A stretch of DNA of 64,000 nucleotides from an uncultured Verrucomicrobiae bacterium. GTDB taxonomy: Bacteria > Verrucomicrobiota > Verrucomicrobiia > Chthoniobacterales > UBA10450. The notes beneath the pieces are model-generated. The model had not been told where the DNA came from. It ran no database searches and was given only the letters and a program-made list of their open reading frames with translations. Position numbers and translations under genes: made by a program. The stretch spans positions 1,283,967 to 1,347,966 of the forward strand of contig CAWIBO010000002.1 of the NCBI GenBank assembly GCA_963834385.1. The letters run 5' to 3'. Positions 21,339-33,452 of the stretch are shown one piece after another (within the stretch, counting starts at the first letter, position 1; each line of letters starts with the position of its first letter).

Positions 21339-22617
21339 CAAGGGAAACGCGGTTCTGCTGGTAGTCGCGGAAGTCGCGGTTGGAATCCTTTTCCGTGTAC
21401 TGGTAGCGGGCCCCGACCGTGACATTGCGGGTGAGCTGGTAACCGAGGGTAATCGCGCCGCCGTAGCGGTTGGAATCCTCATTGATGACACCGCCGGATT
21501 CATCGGCGTCTTCAAAGAAGAGCTCGGTGGAAAGGAGGGTGTTGCGGATGATGTTCCAGTTCGCGGTGTGCCGGATGTAATTCAGCTCGATGAAATTCGA
21601 GTTCACGCCCAGGAGGCTTTCATGCCCGGCGGAGAGTGAATGCGTAATGGCCTCGTTCAGGCGGTGCGAGATCAGGATGTTGGCGTAGAAATCGTTGATG
21701 TCGTCCTGGTCGGGGAAGAGGAACGGGAGGCCGCCCCCGCCGCCGACGAAATTGCCGTTGTCGAAGAAGATCCCCTGATAGCCGCCGGCGACGCGCACCT
21801 TGATATTACTGGTGACCTGCGTCTCGAGGAACAGACCGCCACTGGTGGTGGTCGAGTCGTTCAGGAGCATTTCGTCGTAGTTGGTGAAGATGAGGTTGCC
21901 TTCCACGCCCACGCCGGTGGTATTGGTCACGGCCATGAAAAGGCTGCCGCTGATGATTTCGGCGCTGCGGTCGAGATAGGAGAAATCACTCTCGGTCGAG
22001 ATGAAGTTGTAATGGTCGAAGCCGAGGGTGGCGACGACCGCGTTGGCGTCCCAGAGAACGGTGACACCGGCGGTGTTCTGGAAGCGGCCGTAATCGCTCA
22101 CGTTACTGAAGCCGATTTCCGAGACGGGATCCTGCTCGAGGGAGAAGCGATCGTGGAAGTTGATGCGGAAATCGCCCACGAAGACATCGAAGCTGAGCTG
22201 CGAGCCCGGGGTGAGGAGGAGGCCGTTGGTATTGTTACCGGGATGATCAAAGTAGAAGGCGTAACCGGTGCCGATATCGAGGCGCAGGGTATTGAGCTGC
22301 GTCACCGGCCAGAGGGCGTGGAGGTTGATCTGGGGGCGGAAAATGAAGTCATCGCGTTTGCCGCTCTCGGCGAGGTCGATGTTGTCATTGAACTCGATCC
22401 CGGTGGTGGCGCTGAGGCGGAGGCGGATGGGGCCGGCCTGGAGGTTGTAGGGGATGTTATCGATGGAAAGTCGACGGGCTTCCGCGGCCTGTTCACCGGC
22501 GAGGGAGGGCCGGATCGCATCCTGAGCCTGGACCAGCGAGGTGGCGAGGATAAGGGCGAGCAAGAAAGCACCGGTGCGGGGAAGCAGCGGGCGGGTCGAG
22601 GAGAGATGGTTGCTCAT
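21319..22617 (-). CDS. Outer-membrane beta-barrel protein of EPS export locus
   Basis: Signal peptide, alternating amphipathic strands, C-terminal SLDATYSF (BAM-type aromatic end); first gene of operon. Confidence 0.8.
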   Translation of the reverse strand: MSNHLSSTRPLLPRTGAFLLALILATSLVQAQDAIRPSLAGEQAAEARRLSIDNIPYNLQAGPIRLRLSATTGIEFNDNIDLAESGKRDDFIFRPQINLHALWPVTQLNTLRLDIGTGYAFYFDHPGNNTNGLLLTPGSQLSFDVFVGDFRINFHDRFSLEQDPVSEIGFSNVSDYGRFQNTAGVTVLWDANAVVATLGFDHYNFISTESDFSYLDRSAEIISGSLFMAVTNTTGVGVEGNLIFTNYDEMLLNDSTTTSGGLFLETQVTSNIKVRVAGGYQGIFFDNGNFVGGGGGLPFLFPDQDDINDFYANILISHRLNEAITHSLSAGHESLLGVNSNFIELNYIRHTANWNIIRNTLLSTELFFEDADESGGVINEDSNRYGGAITLGYQLTRNVTVGARYQYTEKDSNRDFRDYQQNRVSLDATYSF

Positions 22618-22639
22618 AGGAGATGCGGTTTGGGTAGTT

Positions 22640-22656
22640 AGCAGATGGAGTACCAA
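22640..22656 (-). promoter_or_regulatory. Putative sigma-54 promoter of the EPS operon
   Basis: Minus strand TTGGTACTCCATCTGCT (GG-N10-GC) ending 23 nt before ATG 22617. Confidence 0.6.
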
Positions 22657-22886
22657 CATGCTGGGGCTTGTGAATTCTGTGCAGTGACCGGTTCGATGAA
22701 GCCCCGAACAAGCACATGCTTGATCGTGGTTTCGCCGCCCCGGACCTTATAATTTATGTAATCGGGACCCATTGTTATCCATGGGCAGGAAGGGAGGCAA
22801 GAGAAAATCCGGGGAACGGTTGAAAGGCGGGGCGGGGCGGGGAGAAGGCCTGCTGGAAAGGGCCACCCGGCAAAAAGTTACGGCGA

Positions 22887-22902
22887 TGGCGCGATTCAAG
22901 CT
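22887..22902 (+). promoter_or_regulatory. Weak sigma-54-like promoter
   Basis: TGGCGCGATTCAAGCT, GG 22888-9 and GC 22900-1, just upstream of ATG 22916. Confidence 0.3.
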
Positions 22903-22915
22903 TTTGCGGTGACTC

Positions 22916-24094
22916 ATGAAGAGTTTTTCGCGCCTCCACCAGACAGCGCTCCCGCTCTGGGCGGCCTGTCTCAGTCTGGTTCTTTGCGGAGCAGGCCTTT
23001 CTCATTCTGTCTGGGCCGGTCCGACCGAGGAACCGATGACTGACTCGACCAATTTCGCCAAGAACCTGGCCCGGATGAATGCCGGCGCCAAGATCGAGGC
23101 CGTCTCCGGGGCAGGGAAGGAGGCCGCGGGCGTGCTGGTGATGGAGGATGGCACCATCTCCTGTCCGCTGCAGCAGGGCGAAACCAATTTCGTGGTCAGT
23201 CTCGCGAAAGTCTCGATGCTCGACCGGCTGACTTTCATCAACGAGAACGCCGCGGCGCGCGGCGAGTTGAAAATTGCGGTTTCCAACCGCCGGCTCCCGG
23301 CCGATTCCAATCTCTGGCAGGATGTGGAGGGGACAGTTCCCTTTAGTGAGAAGCGGATGTTCAATCTTTCCCTCGTGGGCGTGGAAGCGAAGTATGTGCG
23401 TCTCTCCTTCCGGGTCGACCAGGCGGGCAGCGTCGCCGGCCTCGGCCTGTATGGCAGCCGCAGTCTCCGGGAATTTTCCGAGCGTTTTGAGCAGCCCCTG
23501 ACCATGGCCTACGCGGCCCCGGCCCGGTCGGCCAAGGATCAGCTTAACTTCAATTTCGCCAACCTTTATGCCCGGGCGCGCGTGGTCTATGTCAGTTCGG
23601 GAGCGCTGCCCGCAGGCGTGCGCATGATCGATGATGATGTCATGACCGCGTTTCGGTTCGCCCCGGCCGACCGGCATCCCACCGTGATCCTGGAACTGTC
23701 GGAGAGCGAGCGCCTGAATCGGGTGAGCGCAATTTACGCCATGGAAAGCGGCGAACTTTCCGTCTACCTGCTGGACAAGCTCCCGGAAAACCCGGCCAAT
23801 CTGTCCGGCCTGCGTCCGACGGCCACCACGGTTGATCGCAAGGCCCACGGCAAGGCGGCAGTCGATTTTCATCCGCAGGGCGCGCGCTTTGTCCTGCTGC
23901 GCTGGACACGGGACGCCGCCGCCGAGGCAAGCCAGGGGTTTGAGATCGCGGAGGTGCACGCCTTCGGCAATGTTCCCTTCGCCTACCTGGACCAGGACGG
24001 GGCCCCGGAACTTTTCGCGGCCCAGGCGCCGCGGGGGGGCTGGGATTTCGGCAATCCGCTCGGGGTGCCGAGCGTGCCGGTCGTCAGTCCGTAA
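22916..24094 (+). CDS. Secreted protein with two tandem galactose-binding/discoidin-like repeats
   Basis: Signal peptide; internal duplication (NLARMNAGAKI..MEDG..AKYVRLSF vs NLYARARVVYV..IDDD..ARFVLLRW). Confidence 0.7.
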   Translation: MKSFSRLHQTALPLWAACLSLVLCGAGLSHSVWAGPTEEPMTDSTNFAKNLARMNAGAKIEAVSGAGKEAAGVLVMEDGTISCPLQQGETNFVVSLAKVSMLDRLTFINENAAARGELKIAVSNRRLPADSNLWQDVEGTVPFSEKRMFNLSLVGVEAKYVRLSFRVDQAGSVAGLGLYGSRSLREFSERFEQPLTMAYAAPARSAKDQLNFNFANLYARARVVYVSSGALPAGVRMIDDDVMTAFRFAPADRHPTVILELSESERLNRVSAIYAMESGELSVYLLDKLPENPANLSGLRPTATTVDRKAHGKAAVDFHPQGARFVLLRWTRDAAAEASQGFEIAEVHAFGNVPFAYLDQDGAPELFAAQAPRGGWDFGNPLGVPSVPVVSP

Positions 24095-24263
24095 GGGAAC
24101 CGCCGTCGGCGATCGGCGCCGCTGCGTGCGCGCCGGACCAGGGTCCGGGCTGCTCCCGGTCCGGGAAATCGGAAAGGCGCGGGTTGAGCCTGTCCGTCCC
24201 GGGAATGCGCCATCAGCCGGTGCGCAGGCAGGAAAATCAGTCGCGGCCACTACGTAAATGGCT

Positions 24264-24279
24264 GGGCATGAGGGGTGCT
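24264..24279 (+). promoter_or_regulatory. Putative sigma-54 promoter of PEP-CTERM gene
   Basis: GGGCATGAGGGGTGCT, GG 24265-6 and GC 24277-8, 28 nt before ATG 24307. Confidence 0.55.
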
Positions 24280-24306
24280 ATATCCCTCAGCACACTCTCC
24301 TTGGCC

Positions 24307-25125
24307 ATGATTCTCCAACGCTCTTTCCTGTTCATCCTCATTTCTCTTGGCACCCTTGTCTCGCCGGCGCGGGCCGTGTTGCTGGACTGGGATGCCGTGG
24401 CCTGGACGGCCGGTTCGCTCAGCAATTCCTACGACATCGACCCGAGTCACTCGGGCAACGACGTGACTGTGACGATCAGCGGGAGCACGGGACAGTTGCG
24501 GAACTCGATCTTTAGCGGGAGCCCGGCCACGCCCGCGGTGACCACGCAATTTGCCGGGGGCCTGACGCCGACGCCGGGCACGCTCAACCTTGCCCTCGAT
24601 CTCTCGAACTCGGCCACGCAGGCCATCACGCTGACCCTCAACTTCTCGAACCAATATGGGAACGGGATTTACGACCTTGTGTTCACGATCTTCGACGTCG
24701 ACTACTCGAATGCTTCGGGGAACACCTACCAGGACCAGGTTTCGGGCATCTATGGCACCACGCCCGGCGGCGCGCAGGTTGCGCCGGTCATCACCACCAG
24801 CGCCAACAATGCGCTTTCGGGGTCGGGACTGACCCAGGTCGTGAACGGAACGGCCAGCACGGCAGACAGCGGCGCGAGCTCCGCCAATGGCAACGTCGTC
24901 ATCAGCTTCGGCAATGTCGGGCTGAGTTCGTTCACCTTTACCTACGGAAACAGTTCCGCCTTCGCCAATCCGACCTACCAGCACATCGGATTCTACGATT
25001 TCAGTTATTCGCCGGTGCCCGAGTTGAATCCGGCCATGGTGACCGCGGCCATTTGCGTTTCTGCCATCGGGCTGACGCATTGGCGGCGACGGCGCGTTCG
25101 TCTCACCAGCAGTCTGGAGAACTGA
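24307..25125 (+). CDS. PEP-CTERM-type (VPE variant) surface protein, Ser/Thr/Asn-rich
   Basis: Signal peptide ending ARA; C-terminal PVPELNP + TM + WRRRR. Confidence 0.85.
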   Translation: MILQRSFLFILISLGTLVSPARAVLLDWDAVAWTAGSLSNSYDIDPSHSGNDVTVTISGSTGQLRNSIFSGSPATPAVTTQFAGGLTPTPGTLNLALDLSNSATQAITLTLNFSNQYGNGIYDLVFTIFDVDYSNASGNTYQDQVSGIYGTTPGGAQVAPVITTSANNALSGSGLTQVVNGTASTADSGASSANGNVVISFGNVGLSSFTFTYGNSSAFANPTYQHIGFYDFSYSPVPELNPAMVTAAICVSAIGLTHWRRRRVRLTSSLEN

Positions 25126-25128
25126 CCC

Positions 25129-25485
25129 ATGTCGCGAGCCGTCCATCATGTTGTCCTGCTTTTGGCGGGCGCCATGCTTTGGGCGGCCTTCCTTCCCGGC
25201 GCGCAGGGGTTTCATTGTTCGCCCGCTTTCACCCTGCCTTCCATGGAGGAAATTGGGGAGGCGACGGTGGAAGGCCTGGGGGCATCCGGGACCTTTCATA
25301 GTCCATTCTCTCCGCCGGCGGCCGATCCTGCGATCGCGAGCCCGGTGCGCCCCCGTTTCCAACACTATTTTCGGCGTGGACACCTGTTGAACATGCCTCC
25401 GTCCGCGGTGTTGTGCGGCTTCTCCTTTGCGGCGGCACTCGGCCTGCTCTTCCTGCATCGTGCGAAGGTCCGGTCACGACGATAG
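25129..25485 (+). CDS. Small exported protein with C-terminal TM and basic tail
   Basis: N-terminal hydrophobic signal, Pro-rich middle, NMPPSAVLCGFSFAAALGLLFLHRAKVRSRR. Confidence 0.45.
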   Translation: MSRAVHHVVLLLAGAMLWAAFLPGAQGFHCSPAFTLPSMEEIGEATVEGLGASGTFHSPFSPPAADPAIASPVRPRFQHYFRRGHLLNMPPSAVLCGFSFAAALGLLFLHRAKVRSRR

Positions 25486-25504
25486 CAGGGCGCAGGTCGC
25501 GGCG

Positions 25505-27232
25505 GTGGAACGACGGGAGTTCCTGCGTCGCTGGGGACTGCGCCTGGGGATCGTCTTTCTCCTGGTGGCCTTGGGATTGATCGCGGCCGAGACCGGCCGG
25601 TCCGTGCACCGGCGGCAGATGGCCCACCAGGCGCGAGTCTACCTGGAGGCGGGCGAAACAACGCGGGCCGCCGATCTCGCGCACACTCTGCTGCGTGCCG
25701 ACGAAAAAAACGTGGCTGCCTGTCGAGTCCTGGCTGAGCTGGCCGAGCGTGCGAATACCGCCGAGGCGGTGACGTGGCGGAAACGAATTTTTCATCTGGA
25801 ACCCGGACGCGCTGATAACCATCTCGACCTGGCCGCGGTCTCCCTGCGTTTTAATCAGATCGACCTGGCCCGGCACGCCCTGGAAGCACTGCCCGCCACC
25901 TTCCGCGCGTCCGTCCGATTTCAGGCGCTGGCGGCTGAGCTGGCCCTGGCCACCGCCAACCCTGCGGCTGCCGAACATCATTTTGCCCAGGCGCTCGCCC
26001 AGGAGCCGGAAAATGTGCGGTATCAGGTCGGGCTGGCCCGGCTTCAATTGGCGGCGCCAAACCGGCAAAAGTCCGGGGAAGCGCGCGGGACGCTGCGCCG
26101 GCTGACAGCCGACAAACGGGTGCGGACGGAAGCGTTACGAGCCCTGGCTGGGGAGGCGCTGGAGGGCCGGCGATTCGCGGAAGCTCGAAGCCTGGCCACC
26201 GCCCTGAAGGAGGAACGGGACAGCTCATTCGACGATACCCTGCTCCTGCTGGAAGCTGCACACCGCTCGGGAGGAACCTCGGAGGTGCTCCCGGCCGCGA
26301 AAGCCGAGGCCGGCCGGAGTTGCCGCGAGGCGGCCCGCCTGATCTCCTGGTTGAACCAGCACGTTATGATGAGCGAAGCGCTCGAGTGGTCGGCGTTGCT
26401 TCCGCCGGAGGTGGCACAGGAACCCGTGGTGCGCCTGGCGCTGGCCGAATCTTATGGCATCCGTCGCGACTGGCGTGGTTTGCAAACATTCTGTCTCGAC
26501 CAGGACTGGGGTGAAGGGGAGGCGGCGCGGCTGGCCGTCCTGAGCCATGCTCATCGCCGGCTGGGCGGAAAGGATCGGGCGACGCCGGAAGCAGACACTT
26601 TCTGGCGCGCGGCCGTCCAGCAGGCGGCTGACCAGCCTGCCCGATTGCTCCTCCTCGCGGAACTGGCGGATGGATGGGACTACGCCGAGGAGGCCGAGGC
26701 TGCCTACTGGTCGGCGGCAGCCGCAAGTTCACAGACCAGGCAGGTCCTGACGGCTCTGGAACGGTTCTATCGGAAGCGTCAAAACACGCATGGTCTTCTG
26801 CGCGTGGCCCGGCGTTTATGCGAGGTGGACCCGGGCGATCTTGCCGCGGCCAACAAGGCGGCCACGCTGGGTCTTCTCCTCATGGGCGACGTCTCGTCGC
26901 GGCGCCTGGCCGCGCGGATGCACCAGCAAAACCCGCAGAATGCCGCCTTCGCCTGCACCCATGCCTTTGCCTTGTTGAAACAGGGGCGGGTGGGAGACGC
27001 CCTGCAGGTGATGGAAGCGTTGCCACCCTCCCTGCTCCGGCAGCCGCCTCAGGCCGCCTACTATGTGATGATGCTGGTGGAGGACGAGCAGTTCGAGCGC
27101 GCGGGCGAACTCCTGCCCCTGGCCCGGCAGGCTGAACTTCTGCCGGAGGAACAACAACTCCTGCTCGCGGCCAGCCGCAAGATCGCGGAACGAGCCCCGG
27201 CGAAACCAGCCACCGAACTCGCCAAATCGTAA
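25505..27232 (+). CDS. Tetratricopeptide-repeat protein with N-terminal TM
   Basis: Ala/Leu-rich helical repeats (AAAEHHFAQALAQEPEN etc.); start uncertain (ORF open from 25427). Confidence 0.75.
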   Translation: MERREFLRRWGLRLGIVFLLVALGLIAAETGRSVHRRQMAHQARVYLEAGETTRAADLAHTLLRADEKNVAACRVLAELAERANTAEAVTWRKRIFHLEPGRADNHLDLAAVSLRFNQIDLARHALEALPATFRASVRFQALAAELALATANPAAAEHHFAQALAQEPENVRYQVGLARLQLAAPNRQKSGEARGTLRRLTADKRVRTEALRALAGEALEGRRFAEARSLATALKEERDSSFDDTLLLLEAAHRSGGTSEVLPAAKAEAGRSCREAARLISWLNQHVMMSEALEWSALLPPEVAQEPVVRLALAESYGIRRDWRGLQTFCLDQDWGEGEAARLAVLSHAHRRLGGKDRATPEADTFWRAAVQQAADQPARLLLLAELADGWDYAEEAEAAYWSAAAASSQTRQVLTALERFYRKRQNTHGLLRVARRLCEVDPGDLAAANKAATLGLLLMGDVSSRRLAARMHQQNPQNAAFACTHAFALLKQGRVGDALQVMEALPPSLLRQPPQAAYYVMMLVEDEQFERAGELLPLARQAELLPEEQQLLLAASRKIAERAPAKPATELAKS

Positions 27233-27421
27233 GGGAGGGACCGGGACGGGCTGGCCCGGCCCGGGGATTTTCTCAGTCCTGGGAGTCCGGAACCCGATTG
27301 GCGCGCTGATTGAGAAAGAGAAACGTGGTCCCGGATTTCAGTCGGCACGCGCGAGGGCAGAAAACACGGGCTGCTACGGAAATTAGAGCCGGTCCGGGCC
27401 GCTTTCGGGCGCGGAAAACAA

Positions 27422-27437
27422 GGGCATGGAAGTAGCT
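27422..27437 (+). promoter_or_regulatory. Putative sigma-54 promoter of hybrid kinase
   Basis: GGGCATGGAAGTAGCT, GG 27423-4 and GC 27435-6. Confidence 0.45.
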
Positions 27438-27454
27438 GTTTCTTCGCATGTCTT

Positions 27455-29122
27455 ATGGCCGGATCTGCGAGGGAACGGTCAAAGGCTCCAGGGAAACAAA
27501 CTGTGTTCGCACAATACGAGGGTCCACCATTTGCCAACGCCATCCAAAATGAAGACACGCAAGCTCCGCTTCCCGTCACTGCACCAGGGCCCGGCCCGGA
27601 ATATTCTGCGCTTGTCGCGCGGGCTACGAATGATGCTGTTCGGGATTGGGATGTAACCAGCGGCAGGCTGAACTGGCCGCAGGGCCTGCGCGAGCTCTTT
27701 GGGTTCGATCCCGCGGCGGTTGAGCCGGCCATCGGTTTCTGGCAGCAGCGCCTGCACCCGGAAGACCGGGCCCGCGCTGCCGCCGCCATCCGCGATGCGG
27801 TCAAGGGCGAGGCCGGGCATTGGTCGGGCGAATATCGTTTCCGGGCCGCGAACGGCACCTATCTGCAAATCCTGGAACGGGCCTGCATCCAACGGGATGA
27901 GAAAGGCCGGGCAGTCCGGTTTGTGGGTTCCCTCATGGATATCACGGCGCGCCGGCAACTCCAGGAACAGGTCTGCCGTTCGCAGAGAATGGAGGCATTC
28001 GGCCAGCTGGCCGGCGGGGTGGCGCACGACCTGAACAATTTCCTCACCACCATCCTTGGTTACAGCGACCTTGTCCTGGCGGATGCGCCCGCGCGCGGCC
28101 ATCTGCGCAACCATCTCGGAGAGATTCGCAAGGCCGCCCAGCGCGCTTCCACCCTGGCGGGCCAGCTCCTGGCCTTCAGCCGGAAACATCCCTTGCAGCC
28201 GCGGGTCCTCGAGATCAACACCGTGCTCGCGAATCTGGAGAGCACGCTCCTCCCGTTGCTGGGCGAGAACATTTCCGTTGTCGCCCATCCGCTGAAGACG
28301 GCGGGAGCGCACGTGCGTTTCGACCCGGGCCAGCTCACCCAGGTGCTGCTCAACATTTGCCTGAACGGCCGCGATGCCATGCCCGAGGGAGGTCAGCTGG
28401 ATCTCTCCACCGGGCTGGAGACGGTGACCTCGCTGCCGAACGCTCCTTCTCTTCTGGAACGCATGGCTCCCGGGCGTTACGTCGTCATCACCATCCGCGA
28501 TTCCGGCACCGGCCTGGCCGAAGAGGCGCGAGACCATCTTTTCGAGCCGTTTTTTTCCACGCGCGAGGGCCGCAGCGGCCTTGGCCTTGCCACCAGCTAC
28601 GGCCTGATCCGCCAAAGCGGCGGTGACATTTCTCTTTCCAGTCAAAGCGGCCAGGGGACGGAGGTCCGCATTTATCTGCCGCTGGTGCCGGCGCCATCCG
28701 AGGCGGCTCCGCGCCGGAGTGAACGCAATCCGACGGGATCGGAAACGATTCTTGTCCTCGAGGACGACATTGGCGTGCGTCACTTTTCCATCCGGGTGTT
28801 GCGTTCGCTCGGTTACAACGTCCTGGAAGCGGCCAGTTCGGATGACGCCCAGCGTTTTATCTCGGAGCGCTCCCATCCGGTGCACCTGCTCCTGACCGAC
28901 ATCGTCATGCCAAAGATGAGCGGGCGAAATTTTGCCGACTGGCTGGGCCGGACCAGCCCGGAGACGAAAGTGGTCTTCATCTCCGGATATCTCGACGAAT
29001 CCCTGCCCGATCCGTCGCCGGAGAGCGACCTGTTCTTCCTGGCGAAACCGTTCAGCCCGGAGCAACTGGCGTTGAAAGTGCGGACGGCGCTCGACCGGGT
29101 GCCGCCCCGGGCCCGGGTCTAG
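27455..29122 (+). CDS. Cytoplasmic hybrid histidine kinase (PAS-HisKA-HATPase-REC)
   Basis: LHPEDR PAS/PAC, H-box GGVAHDLNN, LNICLNGRDAM, DSGTG, GLGLA, receiver LTDIVMP/AKPF; start uncertain. Confidence 0.9.
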   Translation: MAGSARERSKAPGKQTVFAQYEGPPFANAIQNEDTQAPLPVTAPGPGPEYSALVARATNDAVRDWDVTSGRLNWPQGLRELFGFDPAAVEPAIGFWQQRLHPEDRARAAAAIRDAVKGEAGHWSGEYRFRAANGTYLQILERACIQRDEKGRAVRFVGSLMDITARRQLQEQVCRSQRMEAFGQLAGGVAHDLNNFLTTILGYSDLVLADAPARGHLRNHLGEIRKAAQRASTLAGQLLAFSRKHPLQPRVLEINTVLANLESTLLPLLGENISVVAHPLKTAGAHVRFDPGQLTQVLLNICLNGRDAMPEGGQLDLSTGLETVTSLPNAPSLLERMAPGRYVVITIRDSGTGLAEEARDHLFEPFFSTREGRSGLGLATSYGLIRQSGGDISLSSQSGQGTEVRIYLPLVPAPSEAAPRRSERNPTGSETILVLEDDIGVRHFSIRVLRSLGYNVLEAASSDDAQRFISERSHPVHLLLTDIVMPKMSGRNFADWLGRTSPETKVVFISGYLDESLPDPSPESDLFFLAKPFSPEQLALKVRTALDRVPPRARV

Positions 29123-29172
29123 GCTCGCGCAAATCAATTGCCGAGCGGGGCGGCGGGGTTTATGCACCTCGC

Positions 29173-30384
29173 GTGGTGACCTTTCAGGAGATCGAAGCCG
29201 CCCGTGAACGGATAAAGGGCGCGGTCTATTATTCGCCCTGTCCGCCCTCCATCCCGTTGAGTGAACTGACCGGGATGGAGATCTACTGCAAGCTCGACAA
29301 CCTGCAGCGGACCGGAAGTTTCAAGGAACGAGGGGCGCGCAACGCCCTGGCGCAGTTGCCGCCGGCGCAGCAAAAGCGCGGCGTGATTGCCGCCTCTGCG
29401 GGAAACCATGCCCAGGCGCTGGCCTACCAGGGCAAACTGCTCGGCATTCCCGCCACCGTGGTCATGCCGAAGTTCGCCCCGCTGATCAAACTGCGGAACT
29501 GCCAGAAGCTGGGCGCCACGGTGGTGCTGCATGGAAAGGATTTCGGCGAGGCCAAGGCGCGGGCGCACGAGCTCGCGGAGGAACGCGGCCTGGCCTACAT
29601 CGATGGCTACGACGACCCGGCCATCATCGCCGGGCAGGGCACCATGGGTCTTGAGATCCTCGAGCAGGTGCCTGAGGTGCAGACAGTGGTCGCGCCGGTC
29701 GGAGGCGGGGGCCTTTGCGCCGGCGTCGCGCTCGCGATCAAAAGCGTGAGACCGGAGGTCACCATCGTGGCGGTGGAAGCCGAGAACGTGGCCAGCTTCA
29801 AGGCCGCGATGGAGGCGGGGAAACCGGTCCCGATCTCGACGCGCGCAACCTTGGCCGATGGCCTGGCCATCCCGCAGGTGGGAGCCAATGCCTTTGAGAT
29901 CTTGAAAAAATATGTCGACCGGCATGTGACCGTCTCGGAGGAAGAGATTGCCATCTCGATCCTGCGCATCGTGGAGCTGGAGAAAGGTGTGGTCGAAGGC
30001 GCAGCCGCCACCCCGCTGGCCGCGGTGCTTTCGAACCAGCTCGATGATCTCGACGGCCGCAAGACCGTTCTCCTGTTTTGCGGAGGGAACATCGACCCGA
30101 ATGTCCTGAGCCGCGTGGTGGAGCGCGGGCTGGTGGGCGACGGCCGGCTCTGCCGCTTTACCGCCGTCATCAGCGATCGGCCCGGCGGCCTGGCCGATCT
30201 GACCGCGCAGATCGCCTCCACCGGGGCCAGCATCAAACAGGTGGTGCATGACCGGGCCTTTGCCGGCTCCGACGTTTCCGCGGTGCACGTTCTTTGCACG
30301 GTCGAGACCCGGGATCACGAGCATCTCGCGGAGGTCCGACGCCGCCTGCAGGAGCATGGCGTGCAGACCCTCGACTCCCGTTAG
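29173..30384 (+). CDS. ilvA: Threonine ammonia-lyase with C-terminal ACT domain
   Basis: TGSFKERGA (PLP Lys), [27 protein letters not shown]. Confidence 0.92.
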   Translation: MVTFQEIEAARERIKGAVYYSPCPPSIPLSELTGMEIYCKLDNLQRTGSFKERGARNALAQLPPAQQKRGVIAASAGNHAQALAYQGKLLGIPATVVMPKFAPLIKLRNCQKLGATVVLHGKDFGEAKARAHELAEERGLAYIDGYDDPAIIAGQGTMGLEILEQVPEVQTVVAPVGGGGLCAGVALAIKSVRPEVTIVAVEAENVASFKAAMEAGKPVPISTRATLADGLAIPQVGANAFEILKKYVDRHVTVSEEEIAISILRIVELEKGVVEGAAATPLAAVLSNQLDDLDGRKTVLLFCGGNIDPNVLSRVVERGLVGDGRLCRFTAVISDRPGGLADLTAQIASTGASIKQVVHDRAFAGSDVSAVHVLCTVETRDHEHLAEVRRRLQEHGVQTLDSR

Positions 30385-30443
30385 TGGCCGGGTTCCCGGC
30401 CTTCCTTTACTTGAAGGAGGCGACGCGCTCCGTAATCTCTCCC

Positions 30444-33368
<2,925 letters not shown>

Positions 33369-33452
33369 TCCTGCCGGTGGTCGGCGTGGGTCGGCCGGTC
33401 AGGAGATGGTTCTGAACGATCGTTTCCGCGCCCCCCGCTGCGGGCGGCGAGT

